In this document: one piece after another, positions 62,303-64,000 of the stretch
Layout of the letters: each line of letters opens with the position of its first letter
Numbering within the stretch: position 1 is the first letter of the stretch
Origin: Candidatus Deferrimicrobiaceae bacterium
GTDB lineage: Bacteria; Desulfobacterota; Deferrimicrobia; Deferrimicrobiales; Deferrimicrobiaceae
Assembly: GCA_963792415.1 (NCBI GenBank)
Contig: CAWBVY010000004.1
Span: 288,001-352,000, forward strand
Reading direction: 5' to 3'
Length of the DNA stretch: 64,000 nucleotides
Notes under the pieces: model-generated
Database searches by the model: none
Told to the model about the DNA's origin: nothing
Seen by the model: only the letters and a program-made list of their open reading frames with translations
Made by a program: the position numbers and the translations under genes

Positions 62303-64000
62303 ATGTCGGGATCCCGAAAGGAACGGCCGTTGAGGCCTTTCATATTGCTGTCGCTCCTCGCGGCGCTGGCGTTTGCCGCCGGCTGCTCGACCGCCAATAC
62401 CCCCGGCGGGGAGAGCCACATCGACGCGTCCGGCAATTCCGTCTCCGGGTGGGTCGTCGTCCCCACCGGCGGGTCGCATTCCACTGTCGCCACGCAGGAA
62501 TATCTCTCCGGCAGCGGGAGCTTCAGTTGCACGCAGTGCCACGGAGCGGACCTCTCGGGCGGAATTTCCGCGGCCTCCTGTTACGGCAACCCGGCGGGAT
62601 GCCACCACGGCCCGGTGGCCGGGTGGGTCGCCACCCCTCCCGCAGCCCAGAATCACGGGGTTACCGCGAAGAAAGCCCCCGGTAGCTCCGGGTTCGCCTC
62701 CTGCCAGATCTGCCACGGGAGTGGATTCTCGGGCGGCGGGTCCCAGGTTTCGTGCTTCACCTGTCACGGGGTGAGTGCTCCGCACGCGCCGAAGCCGTGG
62801 CGCGGCTCCCCCTACACGCACACGAACGTCGACAATGCGAATGTACCGGTCTGTGCGCAGTGCCATTTCCCGGGGTCCCCGAACAACCCGGCGGACCATC
62901 CGGCCACGCCTGCCCCGGCGGGAACGCCGCCGGGCTGCTACAACAACACCCTGTGCCACGGGGAGAACCCGGTCCCTCACCCGGTGGGCGCAACCTGGGT
63001 GGCGACGTCGCCCGCGGCCCAGCCGCACGGGAACGATGCGAAAGCGACCCCGGGCGGGACCACAGGGTTCTCCTACTGCCAGACCTGCCATGGGACGGGG
63101 ACGAACTTCTCGGGCGGCTCGTCGGGGGTCTCCTGCTACCCGTGCCATGTACCGACCGCGAGCTCGCCGCATGCGTCGAATTGGCGGACCGGCGACACCT
63201 ACGTCCACACGACCACGGCAGAGGGGAACGCCCCGGTGTGCGCCTTCTGTCACCTGAACGGGGCGAACTCCCCGATCGCGGCGCCGAGCCCGCCCGCCCC
63301 GGATAACACCGCTCCCGGATGCTTCAACAGCACGCTGTGTCACGGTGCGGGGGGGGTCCCTCACCCGGTGGGCGCAACCTGGGTGGCGACGTCGCCCGCG
63401 GCCCAGCCGCACGGGAACAGCGCAAAGGCGACCCCGGGCGCGACCGCCGGGTACGCCTACTGCCAGGTCTGCCACGGGACGGGGACGAACTTCTCGGGCG
63501 GCTCGTCGGGGGTCTCCTGCTACCCGTGCCACGGGGCGAGCGCGCCACATGCGTCGCAGTGGCGGACCGGCGACACCTACGTCCACACGACCACGGCGAC
63601 GGGGAACGCCCCGGTGTGCGCCTTCTGTCACCTGAACGGGGCGAACTCCCCGATCGCGGCGCCGAGCCCGCCCGCCCCTGCGGGGACGGCGCCCGGATGC
63701 TTCAACAGCACGCTGTGCCACGGATCGGGGGGCATCACGCATCTGGTCCCGTACAACGACGATTCCCACTACTCGGTGACGTCCACGACGTTCCCGGGGA
63801 GCTGCAGCGCCTGTCACGACGTTTCCACGCCGTCGGCGAAGGCCGGGCCCGTCTGCCAGACGTGCCATGTCGCGGCCTCGCCGCTCGCGGCCGCCAACTG
63901 CGCCTCCTGCCACTCCAGCCCGCCGGACGGCGGCGCTCCCGCGGGGGCGGCGTATGCGAACATCGCAGGGGCGCATGCCGCGCACATCGCCCTGACCAGC
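62303..64000 (+). CDS. Large multiheme c-type cytochrome lipoprotein, 3'-truncated by window (absent from the ORF track)
   Basis: SD AAGGAGGAG, ATG 62303, lipobox AAGC, 566 open codons; 13 CxxCH, 3 Cx5CH, 1 Cx6CH. Confidence 0.92.
   Translation, partial: MSGSRKERPLRPFILLSLLAALAFAAGCSTANTPGGESHIDASGNSVSGWVVVPTGGSHSTVATQEYLSGSGSFSCTQCHGADLSGGISAASCYGNPAGCHHGPVAGWVATPPAAQNHGVTAKKAPGSSGFASCQICHGSGFSGGGSQVSCFTCHGVSAPHAPKPWRGSPYTHTNVDNANVPVCAQCHFPGSPNNPADHPATPAPAGTPPGCYNNTLCHGENPVPHPVGATWVATSPAAQPHGNDAKATPGGTTGFSYCQTCHGTGTNFSGGSSGVSCYPCHVPTASSPHASNWRTGDTYVHTTTAEGNAPVCAFCHLNGANSPIAAPSPPAPDNTAPGCFNSTLCHGAGGVPHPVGATWVATSPAAQPHGNSAKATPGATAGYAYCQVCHGTGTNFSGGSSGVSCYPCHGASAPHASQWRTGDTYVHTTTATGNAPVCAFCHLNGANSPIAAPSPPAPAGTAPGCFNSTLCHGSGGITHLVPYNDDSHYSVTSTTFPGSCSACHDVSTPSAKAGPVCQTCHVAASPLAAANCASCHSSPPDGGAPAGAAYANIAGAHAAHIALTS
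62971..63723 (+). repeat. Intragenic tandem duplication, period 384 bp
   Basis: GGTCCCTCACCCGGTGGGCGCAACCTGGGTGGCG starts at 62971 and 63355; long identical blocks. Confidence 0.93.

Overview
High-GC window of an anaerobic deltaproteobacterial-type chromosome. Gene content suggests Desulfobacterota/MBNT15-like, which is inference only. In order: 5'-truncated uvrA, ada-ogt, a Cys-rich protein, an Fo-only atpZIBE operon and hemL; a four-gene operon of unknowns; an uncharacterised six-gene CoA-activation operon (two class III CoA-transferases, Zn-ribbon protein, 62-aa HiPIP/BssC-like protein, unknown protein, aryl-CoA ligase); an AI-2E transporter, thioesterase and U32 protein; two back-to-back complex I operons (11-subunit without nuoEFG, then 14-subunit, with clustered frameshifts in nuoL2/nuoM2); a probable pseudo-rhomboid, selB, smr, arsR, menaquinone-type ubiD/ubiA/ubiX, REC/GAF/GGDEF, def-fmt-rsmB-rpe, tRNA-Pro(CGG), an acyl-CoA synthetase, a CxxCH-bearing DsbC, and a porin plus multiheme cytochrome conduit running off the right edge. 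The most unusual signals are: (1) palindromic DNA elements sitting in frame in two unrelated genes (AI-2E transporter and nuoI1) and amplified in 24-bp units; (2) the orphan CoA operon; (3) tandem dual complex I; (4) a cytochrome growing by 384-bp four-heme duplications. No CRISPR array, transposase or integrase was seen. All calls are by eye from motifs; no database search was run.
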